A DNA stretch of 64,000 nt from Phormidesmis sp. (GTDB lineage: Bacteria > Cyanobacteriota > Cyanobacteriia > Leptolyngbyales > Leptolyngbyaceae). Made by a program: the position numbers and the translations under genes. Below are positions 10,157-21,431 of this stretch, piece by piece. The stretch lies in NCBI GenBank assembly GCA_965248535.1, contig CBDFJR010000002.1, positions 2,240,001-2,304,000 of the forward strand. The letters are read 5' to 3'. The notes beneath the pieces are model-generated. The model saw only the letters and a list, made by a program, of their open reading frames with translations, ran no database searches and was not told the DNA's origin. Within the stretch, counting starts at the first letter, position 1, and every line of letters begins with the position of its first letter.

Positions 10157-12162
10157 TTATTTCCAATCCTTCCAGTTGAGATTCAAGATCGAAGTATTGG
10201 GAAACTCGGTGGGATTACCATTCGCATTTAAGCGTTTTTGCAACTGCTCTAAATTCGCATTCGCTCTGGGTAAATTTTCGATTAACTGATAGGGCATCGT
10301 TCCCGTTTCTAACGCAAAGGAGGCTGTCGTTCCGGCGGCGGCTCCGGCTGACCACTCGATCGCGTGGACTCGATAGGCCGATGCGCTGATATGATCCATG
10401 GCGATGCTTTTGCCCACGACCAGCAAATTATCGACCTTAGGCGGAATCATCGCCCGCAAAGGAATCTGAAACGGATAGGTTTCATCGGCTCCCTGACGCT
10501 CTCCGGGGCGTTCTTGATTGCCGGGTTTTTCGGGCGGCGACTCAACCATGCAAGGGTGGAAATCGAGATTGTAGTGACCAATGCCCACGCTGTCAGGGTA
10601 GATGTGGGCCCGCGATCGCCACTGCAATTCTTGAGGCGAAATCTTGCCGCGAATCACGTCGATCGTGCGTAACCCCGCCAAGGCCGTTGCCAAATCTCGG
10701 TAGGCATCCGGTGAAAGATTTTCGCGATAGTAAGGCGTGTCTCGAAAGTTTTTGCGAGAGGTTGAGATCTCAGCGATCGCAAACCCGTTGGGATAGCCGT
10801 AGGCATAGCGTCCGATTAGCCGCCGCGACTCGCGAATGTAGGGATATTTTGATAACCCGTGCGCCGTGCCCATAGGTGAATCAAAGCCTTTGAGAAACCG
10901 CACATTTGCAAACGGCTTCTTAGTCGCCAGTTTTGCATCACTCGTGCCTGCCACAAACCAGTAGAAGTAGCCCAGAGCTTGCTCTTCGCCGCCTTGCAAA
11001 CTGCTGACTCGCAGCCCACCCTGCCAACCTCCGGGCGCAAGTTGACCCATTGAGACAAGCTGCTGCCGCGTATAGAGATAATTATCAGTAGAGGTGCCCG
11101 GCCCATAGTCATTGCCCCAATTCCAGTTCTGCATTGAGATATCACCGGGTGCGATCGTTCTCGACCCGGCGCTAGATTGGGTGCTCAAAATCCGCCGATA
11201 GGTAAACACCAATTCTGGAGCCTGAGCATATTGATCAGAATTAAAGCTGTAGGAGTGGGCATATTGAGGATAGAACGCAGGCGGCTCAACCGTTTGAGGC
11301 ATTGCTGTTGCCTCCATTGCAAACGGATAAGTAAACGCTTGGGGACAATAGGGATCATCACTAGCACTAGGCGAGGACGGATGGGTATAAGACCGCCCAT
11401 CAATGCCAAGACGATAGGGTAAATCTGCTAGCGCCAATAGTTCACCCGTTTCGGTCGCTTCGACGACATACCACTGACCCGACGCGGGCGGCACAAAGCG
11501 AACAATGGTTTTTTTAAATCTGAGAGGAATCGTCTTCGCTATAGGTAGTCAGCGATCGTGTGAGACAACGGCTCTGCATTCAACGGCGGCGCACCCACCG
11601 CTGCACTGTGCTGAATGCTCAGAACTGATTGAATCTGTTGGCCCGACCCAGCCGTAGCAATTTGCAGATCTTTAACGACAGTGTTAGGAAAAAATTGCAG
11701 TGTTCCCTTTCCCTGTGTTTCGGCTTCTTTCAGCATCGTCTGCAAAATTTCGTGCCCGTCTTTGGGCAAAAAACAGACGGCACTCACCCAGCAGTTTCCA
11801 GGAGATTTCTGATTTTTATAGCGATCGACCAGCCGCTGCCGAAACTCACCATAGCCCTGCGGAAAATAAAGCCGCGATCGCTGGGTTTTTTTCTCATCTA
11901 GCGCCGATGTGCCCTGGGCCGAAACCTGCCCACCCACCCAATCAGTGATTTCAGTCAGACAGACGCGCCGACCCAATTTGAGCGCTTCATAAGCCGTCGC
12001 CACACCCGCCAACCCACCTCCCACCACCAGCACATCACACGCCACCTCGCGATCGACCGATCGGGCAGAAACCTGCGGCATAGGAACCAGCATCGCAGAC
12101 CCAAAAAACAGCCCTAAAGCCAAACGAATGTAAAATTTCATCACAGCAAACCCAAGGGACAT
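10157..12162 (-). pseudogene. Exported FAD-dependent oxidoreductase, frameshifted near 11520-11545
   Basis: Signal peptide, VVGGGLAG Rossmann motif, EATETGEL, PYIRESRR, PFQIPLRAMIP; split over two frames with the bridging residues in the third. Confidence 0.75.
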
Positions 12163-12330
12163 AGGATTTTGACACTCCCCAGCCCTAAAGGGACGGGGAT
12201 TCTTTAATCAACGAGCCAACTTGCTCAGGCAGGATGGCTCCAACGAGAGTAGAGGTCGATTCTCCTAAAGCGTTGCTTGCATCGAGTGCAAAGGTTCCGG
12301 TATGCCCTACCGTACCCAACCCCCGACTGA
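12150..12330 (-). ncRNA. Predicted omegaRNA (reRNA) scaffold plus guide from flanking DNA
   Basis: Inferred from known TnpB biology: it overlaps the tnpB 3' end and right-end hairpin; the guide would begin aatcctatgtcccttggg. Boundaries approximate. Confidence 0.55.
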
Positions 12331-13552
12331 GGATGGTTCTCGCTGCATTATGGTCACGGTCTAAGACACAGCCACACAAACAAGTGTGCGTCCGGGTGCT
12401 GAGACTTTTCTTGACCCTTTCCCCACAGCGAGAGCATTCTTGACTGGTGTAGTGAGGATTCACCGCAATGGTGATTCGCCCAAACACTTTCCCGAAGTAT
12501 TCAATCCACGTTCGGAATTGATACCAAGATGCGTCGTTGATGGACTTAGCAAGACAATGATTCTTTGCCATGTTTTTGATTCTCAAATCTTCGTAGGCGA
12601 CTACATCGTTAGATGTGATGACGCACCGTGCGAGTTTCACCGCATGGTCTTTACGCTGCCGACTTATTTTGAGATGGCGTTTGCCAAGAACCTGTCTTGC
12701 TTTGCGTCGGTTGATTGACCCTTTCACTTTGCGAGAAACACGTTTCTGCGACCGCTTGAGGACGACTTCACCCTTGCGGAGAAAGCGAGGATTCTCAACC
12801 ATCACACCATCAGAATCGGTGTAGAACTCTTTCAAGCCCACATCTAATCCAATCGTGTTGCCCGATGCTTCTAACATCTCTGAGCGATTTACATCAACGC
12901 AGAACTGAACATACACCCCATCCGCCCTCTTGACCAATCTGACCCGTTTGATTTGGTCGATGGAGTAGAAACCTAAATCGCGAGTTCCTTTCAGCTTTAA
13001 GCGCCCGATGTTTTTCTTGTCAGTGAACATGATGCTTTTCCGGTCGTCTGCAAGTTTCCAACCAGAGGTTTTGTACTCGACTGAGCGACAATCCTTTTGG
13101 AATTGTGGAAAGCCTTTTTTACCAGGAATCCCTTTCTTACAGTTTTCAAAGAATCGGTTAATTGATGACCAGGCTCGTTCAGCGCTGGCTTGCCTTGCCA
13201 TTGAGTTGAGTTCATTCGCAAACGAGAAGTTCTTCGCCAACACCGCGCAGTATTTCTGCAAGTCGTTTTGCCCTGTGCCTTTGACATCCATCCACAGCCG
13301 AATACAGCTATTGCGGATGAATTGGGCGGTACGAATCGCTTCGTCTACTGCTTTGAATTGGGTTGATTTCCCGTAGGTTTTGAACTCTAAAACAAGCATG
13401 AATTCGACCGACTCTGAGCCGTCTTATATTAACACAAGCAATATAAGACTGACTGGGATGTTACAGTATTTCTACACTCTGTGGCTTAACAGCCACTTGA
13501 GAACCCCTTCTCCATCCCCATATCTGAAGCTAGGGGTTTTAAGGGTTCTCAA
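12169..13552 (-). mobile_element. IS200/IS605-family element, tnpB-only (non-autonomous)
   Basis: Right-end hairpin ending TCAA at 12169; left-end palindrome ttgagaaccc...gggttctcaa at 13497-13552; no tnpA. Left boundary approximate. Confidence 0.85.
12185..13399 (-). CDS. tnpB: RNA-guided endonuclease TnpB
   Basis: RuvC motifs GLDVG, AYEDL, DRDHNAA; Zn ribbon CSRC..CLCG. Confidence 0.95.
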   Translation of the reverse strand: MLVLEFKTYGKSTQFKAVDEAIRTAQFIRNSCIRLWMDVKGTGQNDLQKYCAVLAKNFSFANELNSMARQASAERAWSSINRFFENCKKGIPGKKGFPQFQKDCRSVEYKTSGWKLADDRKSIMFTDKKNIGRLKLKGTRDLGFYSIDQIKRVRLVKRADGVYVQFCVDVNRSEMLEASGNTIGLDVGLKEFYTDSDGVMVENPRFLRKGEVVLKRSQKRVSRKVKGSINRRKARQVLGKRHLKISRQRKDHAVKLARCVITSNDVVAYEDLRIKNMAKNHCLAKSINDASWYQFRTWIEYFGKVFGRITIAVNPHYTSQECSRCGERVKKSLSTRTHTCLCGCVLDRDHNAARTILSRGLGTVGHTGTFALDASNALGESTSTLVGAILPEQVGSLIKESPSL

Positions 13553-13872
13553 ACTTTCCGTTCCGGTAAAGGGAGTTAGGCAACCTCGTAACCTACCGTT
13601 CGATGGTTATTGATTCAGTTGCCCAGTCTGATGGTATAGCTTCATCTCAGCTTTATAAGGAAGCGAGTCTCCGTCAATTAATCTCGTCATCTACTACTAT
13701 GGAAACTCTGATTCCTTTGCTCAGATAAATTGAGCAAAATAGACCATTGGGCACACAGTAGGGCTGCTCTACCTCCACGATCGCATAGCCAAACAGGGTT
13801 TTTAAGTGCTCAACTTCGACTGCAATGCAGAATTTTAAATCGATCTAAGACTGTAATTTTACAGAGAACTTT

Positions 13873-14718
13873 ATGAAGCACGGCCTATTCCTAAATGCGA
13901 CGTTAATCGCCAGCGCCCAGTTACTCGGTGGGTCAAAGTTGATGGCTCAAAAAACGGTTCCCGTTCGCGTCGATCGCTGGCTGGCTGTTCAACAACTCAC
14001 CGGAGTAGTCAGCTACCGCAGGAGCACCGCGTCTAGACCAGCCCAAGTCGGCGATCGGCTCGAAATCGTTGGAGACAGCCTCTCAACCAGTCAAAACTCT
14101 GCGGCGCGGCTGCTCGTAGATACCGGGGTGGGCACCGTTAACCTGTTTGAAAACACAACGCTGCGAGTTCAGTCGCTGACGATGGCTCCTGATCATGGGC
14201 GCATCACCCGACTCGAAGTTTTGCGAGGGCAAATTTATCTCAAGCTGCGCCGCTTTACCAATCCCGGTTCTCGGCTCGAAATCAAAACACCTGCTGGGTT
14301 GAGTGGCGTTCGCGGCACCGAGTTTGGTTTAGCAATTCAGCCCAGTGGCAAAACGGGACTGGCAACCCGGCAGGGGGCCGTCGCAACGTCTGCGAAAGGA
14401 GTAGAGGTAAGAGTCGCAGCAGGCTATCAAAACTTTACAATTTTGGGGGAATCGCCTTCAATCCCTGTACCTTTAAAGAATGATCCCAGTTTGCAATACC
14501 GCGTGCAGCGAGAAATCGACTCTCGAAATATTCGTAGAATTCGATTGATGGGTCAAACCGATCCGGTCAATATGCTGACGATCGATGGCGTTGCCCAATC
14601 CACCGATCGCACAGGTCAGTTTAATGCTCTGTTCTATGCCTCGTCTTACCCCCGCGTTAAGGTCGTTGTCACCACCCCGCTTGGAAAAACTGAGACTTAT
14701 GAACTGGCGCTTCAGTGA
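13873..14718 (+). CDS. FecR-domain exported protein
   Basis: VGDRL..LSTSQNSAARL, EIKTPAGLSGVRGTEF FecR-like motifs; signal-like N-terminus. Confidence 0.8.
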   Translation: MKHGLFLNATLIASAQLLGGSKLMAQKTVPVRVDRWLAVQQLTGVVSYRRSTASRPAQVGDRLEIVGDSLSTSQNSAARLLVDTGVGTVNLFENTTLRVQSLTMAPDHGRITRLEVLRGQIYLKLRRFTNPGSRLEIKTPAGLSGVRGTEFGLAIQPSGKTGLATRQGAVATSAKGVEVRVAAGYQNFTILGESPSIPVPLKNDPSLQYRVQREIDSRNIRRIRLMGQTDPVNMLTIDGVAQSTDRTGQFNALFYASSYPRVKVVVTTPLGKTETYELALQ

Positions 14719-16975
14719 CTATGGATGGCGGCTCCTGCCGGGGGGGATCGCGGCTTTATGGATAGCAACGCTGTTGAGACTAGGAGCGTTACAGCCGTTA
14801 GAAAACCTGGGTTACAATGCCTTATTTAGACTTCGGGGAGGCGTGTCTTGGGATGATCGACTGGTTTTAGTCGCGATCGACGATGCCAGCATTCGTCGCC
14901 TGGGTCAGTTTCCCTGGTCGCGCCGCACCTATACCCAGTTGCTCAAACGATTAGACAAAGCCGAGCCGAGCGTCATCGCCTTTGACTTACTGTTTTCTGA
15001 ATCGACTCACGATGACGCTGCCTTTGCCGATGCCATTCTACGATCGGGGCGAGTCATCCTATCCCAAGGCTGGGACAGCACAGGCATTCCCCTTTTGCCC
15101 GCGTCACCGCTTCGAGAAGCCAGCCTGGCCACCGGGCACATTTTGATTCACCCAGATGCAGACGGGCTGATTCGTCAGCTTGAGCCACAGGTCAATGGAG
15201 AAACCGCCCTCGGCGTTGCCGCTGTTGACGGCTATTCGCTCTCGCAGGCAGTGATTCAGCCGCCTGATCTGAGCAAACCCGTCTGGCTCAACTGGGCAGG
15301 AACGCCACCACCCCACTACTCGTTTGCCGATGTGGTGCAGGGGCAGATCGACGATCGGGCGTTCCGCAACAAAATCGTCTTGGTGGGCGTAACCGCAACG
15401 GGCATTGAGCCACGACTCACCCCTTTTGCCCAACCCCCAACAGTGAGTGGGGTGCATCTTCAGGCAACCCTGATCAACAATTTGCTGCAAGGCAACGCCC
15501 TCAAACCGATGGATGAGGCCTGGCTGCTGCTCGTCTTTATCGGCGCGGCTCCGGCGTTTGGGTGGCTGATCAGCTATTGGCGGGTCGATCAACAAGTGGC
15601 GATCGCGGCGACTCTCGGTTTAGGGTGGGTTGGGTTGAGCGTTGCCCTGCTCACAGCAGGATGGTTGCTGCCCGTGGCGCTGCCCTTAAGCTTGTTAGTC
15701 ACAACTACAGTCACCGCGATCGTGTTAGAGCGCCTAAGAGTGAATGCGCTGCTTCAGCAACAAATCCAGCAGCTTTGGCAGGTCTATCAGCCAGATCTGG
15801 TTATGCCCTCAAAGGTTGAATCGTCAACTTGCGAGGGGGTGCCATCCCTGCACCGAGTCACCCAACTCGCCACCCTAGCAGAGCAATTTGGGCGATCGCA
15901 ATCGACTCAAGCCGCGATCGCTCGCAGCTTATCGATCGGGCTAGTCGCCGCCGACCTCGACGGCATCGTCTGGTTTTGCAATCCCGTCGGGTCAGATTGG
16001 CTCAATATTCAGCCAGGCAGCCAGTTAGCGCTCCATCTAGTGCCTGAGTGGATCGGGGCCGACGATTGGGCAAAAAGGGTTGCCGATCTGCATCACATCG
16101 GTCAGGCAAAGCCCTACGAGGTGCAGCGAGGCAATCGTTGGGTTTGCCTCAAACTTGAGCCGTTGACGCAGCCCACTCCTGCCAAAAACCCCAGTCAGTT
16201 AGATGGCATCTTATTGCTATTAGAAGACATCACCGATCACAAGCAAGTCGAAGCCACTCTCGATCAACAAGTGCACGAACTCAATCGCATGAGTCAACTC
16301 AAAGATGAGTTTCTGAGCACCGTTTCCCATGAGTTACGCACGCCGCTGACCAACATGAAAGTAGCCATTAAACTTTTGAGCCTGGCTCAAGAGGAAGGGC
16401 CGCGATCGCACTATCTCAAAATTCTCGATCGTGAGTGCCTCCGAGAAGCCGATCTCATCAATGATCTATTAGACTTACAGCGGTTAGAGTCGGGGGCCCC
16501 AATCACCAACTCAGAGCCGATTTATCTGCAAGAGTGGCTGCCGCCAATCATTGAGCCATTTTATAAACGCACCGAAGCGCGTCAACAGTCTCTAGCCGTT
16601 AAAGTCGCGTCTCAGCTTCCCCATCTATTTTCTGATCAGCCCAGTTTAGAACGCATTCTCGTCGAGTTAGTCAACAATGCCTGCAAATATACCCCCCCGG
16701 CCGGCGCAATTTTAGTATCGGCAGAGTGGTCACCACCGCATATTGAATTAACCGTCAGCAACTCTGGGGCTGAGATCCCTGAGAAGGAGCTATCCCGCAT
16801 TTTTGAGCGCTTTTATCGAGTGCCTCAATCCGATCCCTGGAAACAAGGAGGAACCGGATTGGGATTATCGCTGGTCAAAAAGTTAGTCGAGCGATTAGGG
16901 GGCAACATTCAGGTCAAAAGCGGCAGCGGCTCAACGACTTTTGTCGTGCAGTTGCCTTTGCAGGGAGTAGATTAA
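14699..16975 (+). CDS. CHASE2 + PAS-like sensor histidine kinase
   Basis: LVAIDDASI..GQFPWSR, KIVLVG, GVHLQA (CHASE2); 3 [25 protein letters not shown] 14699 overlaps the FecR gene end. Confidence 0.9.
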   Translation: MNWRFSDYGWRLLPGGIAALWIATLLRLGALQPLENLGYNALFRLRGGVSWDDRLVLVAIDDASIRRLGQFPWSRRTYTQLLKRLDKAEPSVIAFDLLFSESTHDDAAFADAILRSGRVILSQGWDSTGIPLLPASPLREASLATGHILIHPDADGLIRQLEPQVNGETALGVAAVDGYSLSQAVIQPPDLSKPVWLNWAGTPPPHYSFADVVQGQIDDRAFRNKIVLVGVTATGIEPRLTPFAQPPTVSGVHLQATLINNLLQGNALKPMDEAWLLLVFIGAAPAFGWLISYWRVDQQVAIAATLGLGWVGLSVALLTAGWLLPVALPLSLLVTTTVTAIVLERLRVNALLQQQIQQLWQVYQPDLVMPSKVESSTCEGVPSLHRVTQLATLAEQFGRSQSTQAAIARSLSIGLVAADLDGIVWFCNPVGSDWLNIQPGSQLALHLVPEWIGADDWAKRVADLHHIGQAKPYEVQRGNRWVCLKLEPLTQPTPAKNPSQLDGILLLLEDITDHKQVEATLDQQVHELNRMSQLKDEFLSTVSHELRTPLTNMKVAIKLLSLAQEEGPRSHYLKILDRECLREADLINDLLDLQRLESGAPITNSEPIYLQEWLPPIIEPFYKRTEARQQSLAVKVASQLPHLFSDQPSLERILVELVNNACKYTPPAGAILVSAEWSPPHIELTVSNSGAEIPEKELSRIFERFYRVPQSDPWKQGGTGLGLSLVKKLVERLGGNIQVKSGSGSTTFVVQLPLQGVD

Positions 16976-17027
16976 ATCCTGTCGTTACTAACCAACCTAG
17001 ATCCCCTTTCTTAGAACTGGACTACCC

Positions 17028-17071
17028 AAAAAAGTGCCCATTCTGCAAAGACATCTTCACAAAATGGGCAC
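17028..17071 (-). terminator. Intrinsic terminator of glgP
   Basis: gtgcccatt/aatgggcac stem followed by a T run on the minus strand. Confidence 0.65.
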
Positions 17072-17091
17072 CGATTCAGAATCTTTGAAAT

Positions 17092-19608
17092 CTAAACTTG
17101 ATCGACCAGCGTTTGCTTTAGCCTTGGCATTGGCAACTCACAATCTTCTAACGAGACGGGCACAGGCTCAACGTGCCAGATGCTCTTGCAATACTCGCTG
17201 ATCGTGTAGTCTGACGAAAACTTGCCCATGCGCGCCACGTTTAAGATCGACATCCGCGTCCAATGGGTCTGATCTTGATAGGCCAGACTCACCTTCTCTT
17301 GGCAATCGACATAAAACTGGTAGTCTGCCAGCAGCATATACTCATCTTTGTATAAGAGTGAGTCTACGATCGACTTAAATAGCCCTGGCTCTTTGGGCGA
17401 AAAGAAGCCAGACGCAATCTGATCAATCACCGTTTTAAGTTCGGCATTGTTGCGATAGTAAGCGAGAGGATTGTAGCCCTGCGCCTTCATCGCCGCCACT
17501 TCTTGAGCATCTAAACCAAAGAGAAAGAAGTTTTCTGCGCCTACTTCTTCGCGGATCTCGACGTTGGCTCCATCTAAAGTGCCGATCGTCAACGCCCCGC
17601 TGAGAGCAAACTTCATATTTCCGGTGCCAGAGGCTTCTTTTCCGGCGGTCGAAATCTGCTCAGACAGGTCAGCAGCGGGATAGGTAATCTGCCCCAGCGA
17701 GACTGAGAAGTTGCCCAAATAAGCAACTTTTAGCATCCCGTTGACATCGGGATCATTATTCACCACTTCGGCAATGGAGTTAATCAACTTGATCACGAGC
17801 TTTGCCATGAAGTAGCCCGGAGCCGCTTTGCCGCCAAAGATAAAGGTTCTCGGAACGTCAGTTGGGCTGGCACCGTGCTGTTTAATCCGGTTATACAGCG
17901 CGATCACATGCAGAGCATTGAGCAATTGCCGCTTGTATTCGTGAATGCGTTTCACCTGCACATCAAACAGCGAATCTGGATCGATCTCAAGGTTGTTGTT
18001 GCTTTGAATATAATCGGCCAGGGTGCGCTTATTGTCTTGCTTGATCGTGCGCCATGCTGCTTGGAACTCAGCATCATCGACAAACGCTTCTAGCTTTTTC
18101 AACTCTGACAGATCTTTGACCCAGCGATCGCCGATTTTGCTCGTGATCAGTCCCGAAAGCTCTGGGTTGCTCATCAGCAGCCAGCGGCGCGGGGTGACCC
18201 CATTGGTCTTGTTTTGAAACTTCTCTGGATACATCTCGTAGAAGTCGTGCATCACATCACGCTTCAGCAGTTCTGTATGCAGAGCGGCAACCCCATTGGT
18301 GGTGTGACTGCCGACAAACGCTAGATGGGCCATGCGAATGTGCTTGTCGTCGCCTTCTTGAATCAGCGACATGCGCTCAAGTCGGTCACGATCGCCCGGA
18401 AACTTTTGCCGAATCTCATCTAAGAAGCGGTAATTGATTTCATAAATGATTTCCAGGTGACGAGGCAACAGCCGCCCAAACAGTCCGACTGACCAGCGCT
18501 CTAGAGCCTCAACCAGCAGCGTGTGATTGGTGTAGGCAAAGGTCTTGCGGGTGATATCCCAGGCGTGTTCCCACTCCAGCGCGTGCTCGTCGATCAAAAG
18601 GCGCATCAGCTCGGCAACCCCGATCGAGGGGTGAGTGTCGTTTAGCTGAATTGCCACCTTGTCGGAAAACTCGTCAAAACTGTCGTGATTGCGGAGATAC
18701 GATCGGATGATATCTTGCAGCGAACAGGAGACAAAGAAGTATTGCTGCTGAAGCCGCAGTTCTTTGCCTTGGGGTGTGTTGTCGTTGGGGTAGAGGACTT
18801 TGGAGATATTTTCTGAAAACGTTTTCTCGGCCACCGCTTGTGTATATTCGCCCGCGTCAAAAACCTGGAAGTTAAAGTCTTCGCTGGCTTTAGCGCTCCA
18901 GAGGCGGAGGGTGTTGACGGTGTTGTTGCGATAGCCAGGCACGGGCGTATCGTAGGGAACGCCATACACCGTGTCTTGAGGAACCCAGCGAACTCGATAG
19001 CCACCCTGAGCATCGGTGACCGCCTCGGTATGTCCACCCAGTTTGATCTCGACGGTGTAATCGTTGCGGGCAATTTCCCAGGGGTTGCCATAGCGCAGCC
19101 AGTTGTCAGGACGTTCACGCTGCCAGCCATCCACAATAGACTGGTCAAAAATGCCGTATTGATAGCGAATGCCGTATCCCATCGCAGGAATCTCTAGGGT
19201 CGCTAACGAGTCTAAAAAGCAGGCGGCGAGTCGTCCGAGTCCACCGTTGCCTAAACCGGGTTCTTCTTCTTGCTCTAACAGATCTTCCAGGTTTAGCCCC
19301 ATTTCTTTGGCGGCTTCTTTCATCTCGTCATAAATGCCTAAGTTAATCAGGTTATTGGCTGAGAGCCGCCCGACGAGAAACTCGGCAGAGAGATAATAGA
19401 CGACTTTGGTGTCTTTCTTGAAATAGGTTTGTGCGGTTTTAATGCGGCGATCGGTCAGGCGATCGCGCACGGTGTAAGCCAGCGCCATGTAGTAATCGTT
19501 TAACGTGGCAAACTGCTCATCTCTGCCCTGAATGTAATAGAGGTGGTCTATCAGGGCTTGCTTGAGGTTTTCCAGCCTCATTCCTGTGCGATCGTTTTTA
19601 CCCAACAT
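17092..19608 (-). CDS. glgP: Glycogen/starch phosphorylase
   Basis: [40 protein letters not shown]. Confidence 0.97.
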   Translation of the reverse strand: MLGKNDRTGMRLENLKQALIDHLYYIQGRDEQFATLNDYYMALAYTVRDRLTDRRIKTAQTYFKKDTKVVYYLSAEFLVGRLSANNLINLGIYDEMKEAAKEMGLNLEDLLEQEEEPGLGNGGLGRLAACFLDSLATLEIPAMGYGIRYQYGIFDQSIVDGWQRERPDNWLRYGNPWEIARNDYTVEIKLGGHTEAVTDAQGGYRVRWVPQDTVYGVPYDTPVPGYRNNTVNTLRLWSAKASEDFNFQVFDAGEYTQAVAEKTFSENISKVLYPNDNTPQGKELRLQQQYFFVSCSLQDIIRSYLRNHDSFDEFSDKVAIQLNDTHPSIGVAELMRLLIDEHALEWEHAWDITRKTFAYTNHTLLVEALERWSVGLFGRLLPRHLEIIYEINYRFLDEIRQKFPGDRDRLERMSLIQEGDDKHIRMAHLAFVGSHTTNGVAALHTELLKRDVMHDFYEMYPEKFQNKTNGVTPRRWLLMSNPELSGLITSKIGDRWVKDLSELKKLEAFVDDAEFQAAWRTIKQDNKRTLADYIQSNNNLEIDPDSLFDVQVKRIHEYKRQLLNALHVIALYNRIKQHGASPTDVPRTFIFGGKAAPGYFMAKLVIKLINSIAEVVNNDPDVNGMLKVAYLGNFSVSLGQITYPAADLSEQISTAGKEASGTGNMKFALSGALTIGTLDGANVEIREEVGAENFFLFGLDAQEVAAMKAQGYNPLAYYRNNAELKTVIDQIASGFFSPKEPGLFKSIVDSLLYKDEYMLLADYQFYVDCQEKVSLAYQDQTHWTRMSILNVARMGKFSSDYTISEYCKSIWHVEPVPVSLEDCELPMPRLKQTLVDQV

Positions 19609-19892
19609 AGGCTATTCGCTTTCTCCTACAAATCATCGGCGTGAGTTTGTCCGCATTGGGCACCTTACAACTGGCGATTGCCCAGAGGAAGTAACCAGCA
19701 TCACAGTAAACGATGATTTTAGCAAACTGAGAGAAGTTAAACAAAATAACAGAAAGACGGCTGAACGCCCACCGGGGATCGCTATTTTTCGTTCCCAGCA
19801 TCGTTTTTCTAGTCTCTGTGGTCGTGGTTAATGAGCGATCGAGAGCCTCGACAGATCATCAAAGCCTGTTGATAGTCTTGAATTAATCTGCA

Positions 19893-21224
19893 TCAAGATA
19901 GGTTTTTCAGAACTAACCCTAGCATTTCTATTATCTGATCGATGTGTTGCTTTTGAATAATCAACGGCGGTGATAGAGCAATAATATCGCCTGCTGTGCG
20001 AATTAATAATCCATTCTCAAAGCATTGCACCAGGCAATCATAGGCGCGACTCCCAACTTGATTAGGTCTCGATTCTAATTCAATTCCGGCGACCAATCCC
20101 AGATTGCGAATATCAATGACGTGGGGCAATCCTCTCAGCGAGTGAACTGCATCTTCCCAATAGCCAGACAAATGGTGGGCATGATCAAATAAGCCCTCTT
20201 CGTCATAGATATCTAGCGTCGCTTGAGCCGCTGCACAGGCAAGAGGGTGTCCTGAATAGGTGTAGCCGTGAAAAAGCTCGATCGTCCGCTCATCGCCGTG
20301 CATAAAGGCATCATAAATGCCATCGCGCACAAACACTGCCCCCATCGGCACTGCCGCATTGGTGATGCCTTTAGCCACACAAACTAAATCAGGAATGACT
20401 CCAAAATAGTCAGTAGCAAAGCCCTTTCCTAAACGCCCAAACCCGGTAATCACTTCATCGAAGATCAGCAAGATGCCGTGGCGATCGCAGATCGATCGTA
20501 GCCGTTCTAAATAGCCCTGGGGCGGCACTAAGACCCCCGTCGAGCCAGCTACGGGTTCGACAATAACGGCGGCAATGGTGGAGGCATCATGAAGGGTAAC
20601 TAGTCGCTCTAACTCATCGGCTAGGTGGGCACCCCAGTGGGGTTGACCGCGACTAAAGGCGTTTTGTTCTAAGTTATGGGTGTGGGGCAAATGATCGACA
20701 CCGGGCAGCAGGCTGCCAAAAGACTTGCGATTGGGGGCAATGCCGCCGACTGAGATGCCGCCAAAGCCGACCCCGTGATAGCCTCGCTCTCGCCCAATCA
20801 GCCGCGTCCGGCTGGCTTCTCCCCGGACTCGATGATAAGCCAGGGCAATTTTGAGGGCAGAATCGACGGCTTCAGAGCCAGAGTTGGCAAAAAAGACGTG
20901 ATTTAAGTCGCCGGGCAGCATTTTTGCCAGGCGATCGGCTAATGCAAACGGCCCAGGATGACCCATCTGAAACGTGGGGGCAAAATCAAGAGTGGCTGCC
21001 TGAGTTTGAATGGCGGCAATAATTTTTTCGCGGCAATGCCCGGCGTTAACGCACCACAGCCCGGCTGTACCGTCGAGCACTTGGCGATCGTCAACGGTGG
21101 TGTAATACATGCCTTTTGCAGAGGCCATTAATCGAGGCTGCGATTTAAACTGGCGATTGGCCGTGAAGGGCATCCAAAATGCATCCAGGTTATCTGGCAT
21201 CAGAGACGTAACAGGATCTTGCAT
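19893..21224 (-). CDS. Class III aminotransferase (omega-amino acid/beta-alanine:pyruvate type)
   Basis: FWMPFTANRQF, NSGSEAV, FDEVITGFGRLG, AKG PLP-lysine, HGYTYSGHP. Confidence 0.9.
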   Translation of the reverse strand: MQDPVTSLMPDNLDAFWMPFTANRQFKSQPRLMASAKGMYYTTVDDRQVLDGTAGLWCVNAGHCREKIIAAIQTQAATLDFAPTFQMGHPGPFALADRLAKMLPGDLNHVFFANSGSEAVDSALKIALAYHRVRGEASRTRLIGRERGYHGVGFGGISVGGIAPNRKSFGSLLPGVDHLPHTHNLEQNAFSRGQPHWGAHLADELERLVTLHDASTIAAVIVEPVAGSTGVLVPPQGYLERLRSICDRHGILLIFDEVITGFGRLGKGFATDYFGVIPDLVCVAKGITNAAVPMGAVFVRDGIYDAFMHGDERTIELFHGYTYSGHPLACAAAQATLDIYDEEGLFDHAHHLSGYWEDAVHSLRGLPHVIDIRNLGLVAGIELESRPNQVGSRAYDCLVQCFENGLLIRTAGDIIALSPPLIIQKQHIDQIIEMLGLVLKNLS

Positions 21225-21431
21225 AGTGAGTTTTTATGGTTTGAATTAAACACAGACAATGGCCACAACAGTGCCATGCCCGACCAACGGTTTGGGCCTC
21301 AAGTTTAGTCTTAAATTCAAGGTCTAACGTTTGCAACTCTAGAAGCGTTTAAAAAAGTATCTAATTAATTCTGAACGCGATCAAGGGACTCCGCACTGAC
21401 TGCCTCGCCCCTATCTCTGCAAGCTAGCGCT

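Noticed and set aside
12185..13399. Nuclease-dead TnpB regulator (TldR-like) or Cas12f
   Set aside because: All three RuvC acidic residues are present, IS ends flank the gene, and there is no CRISPR array
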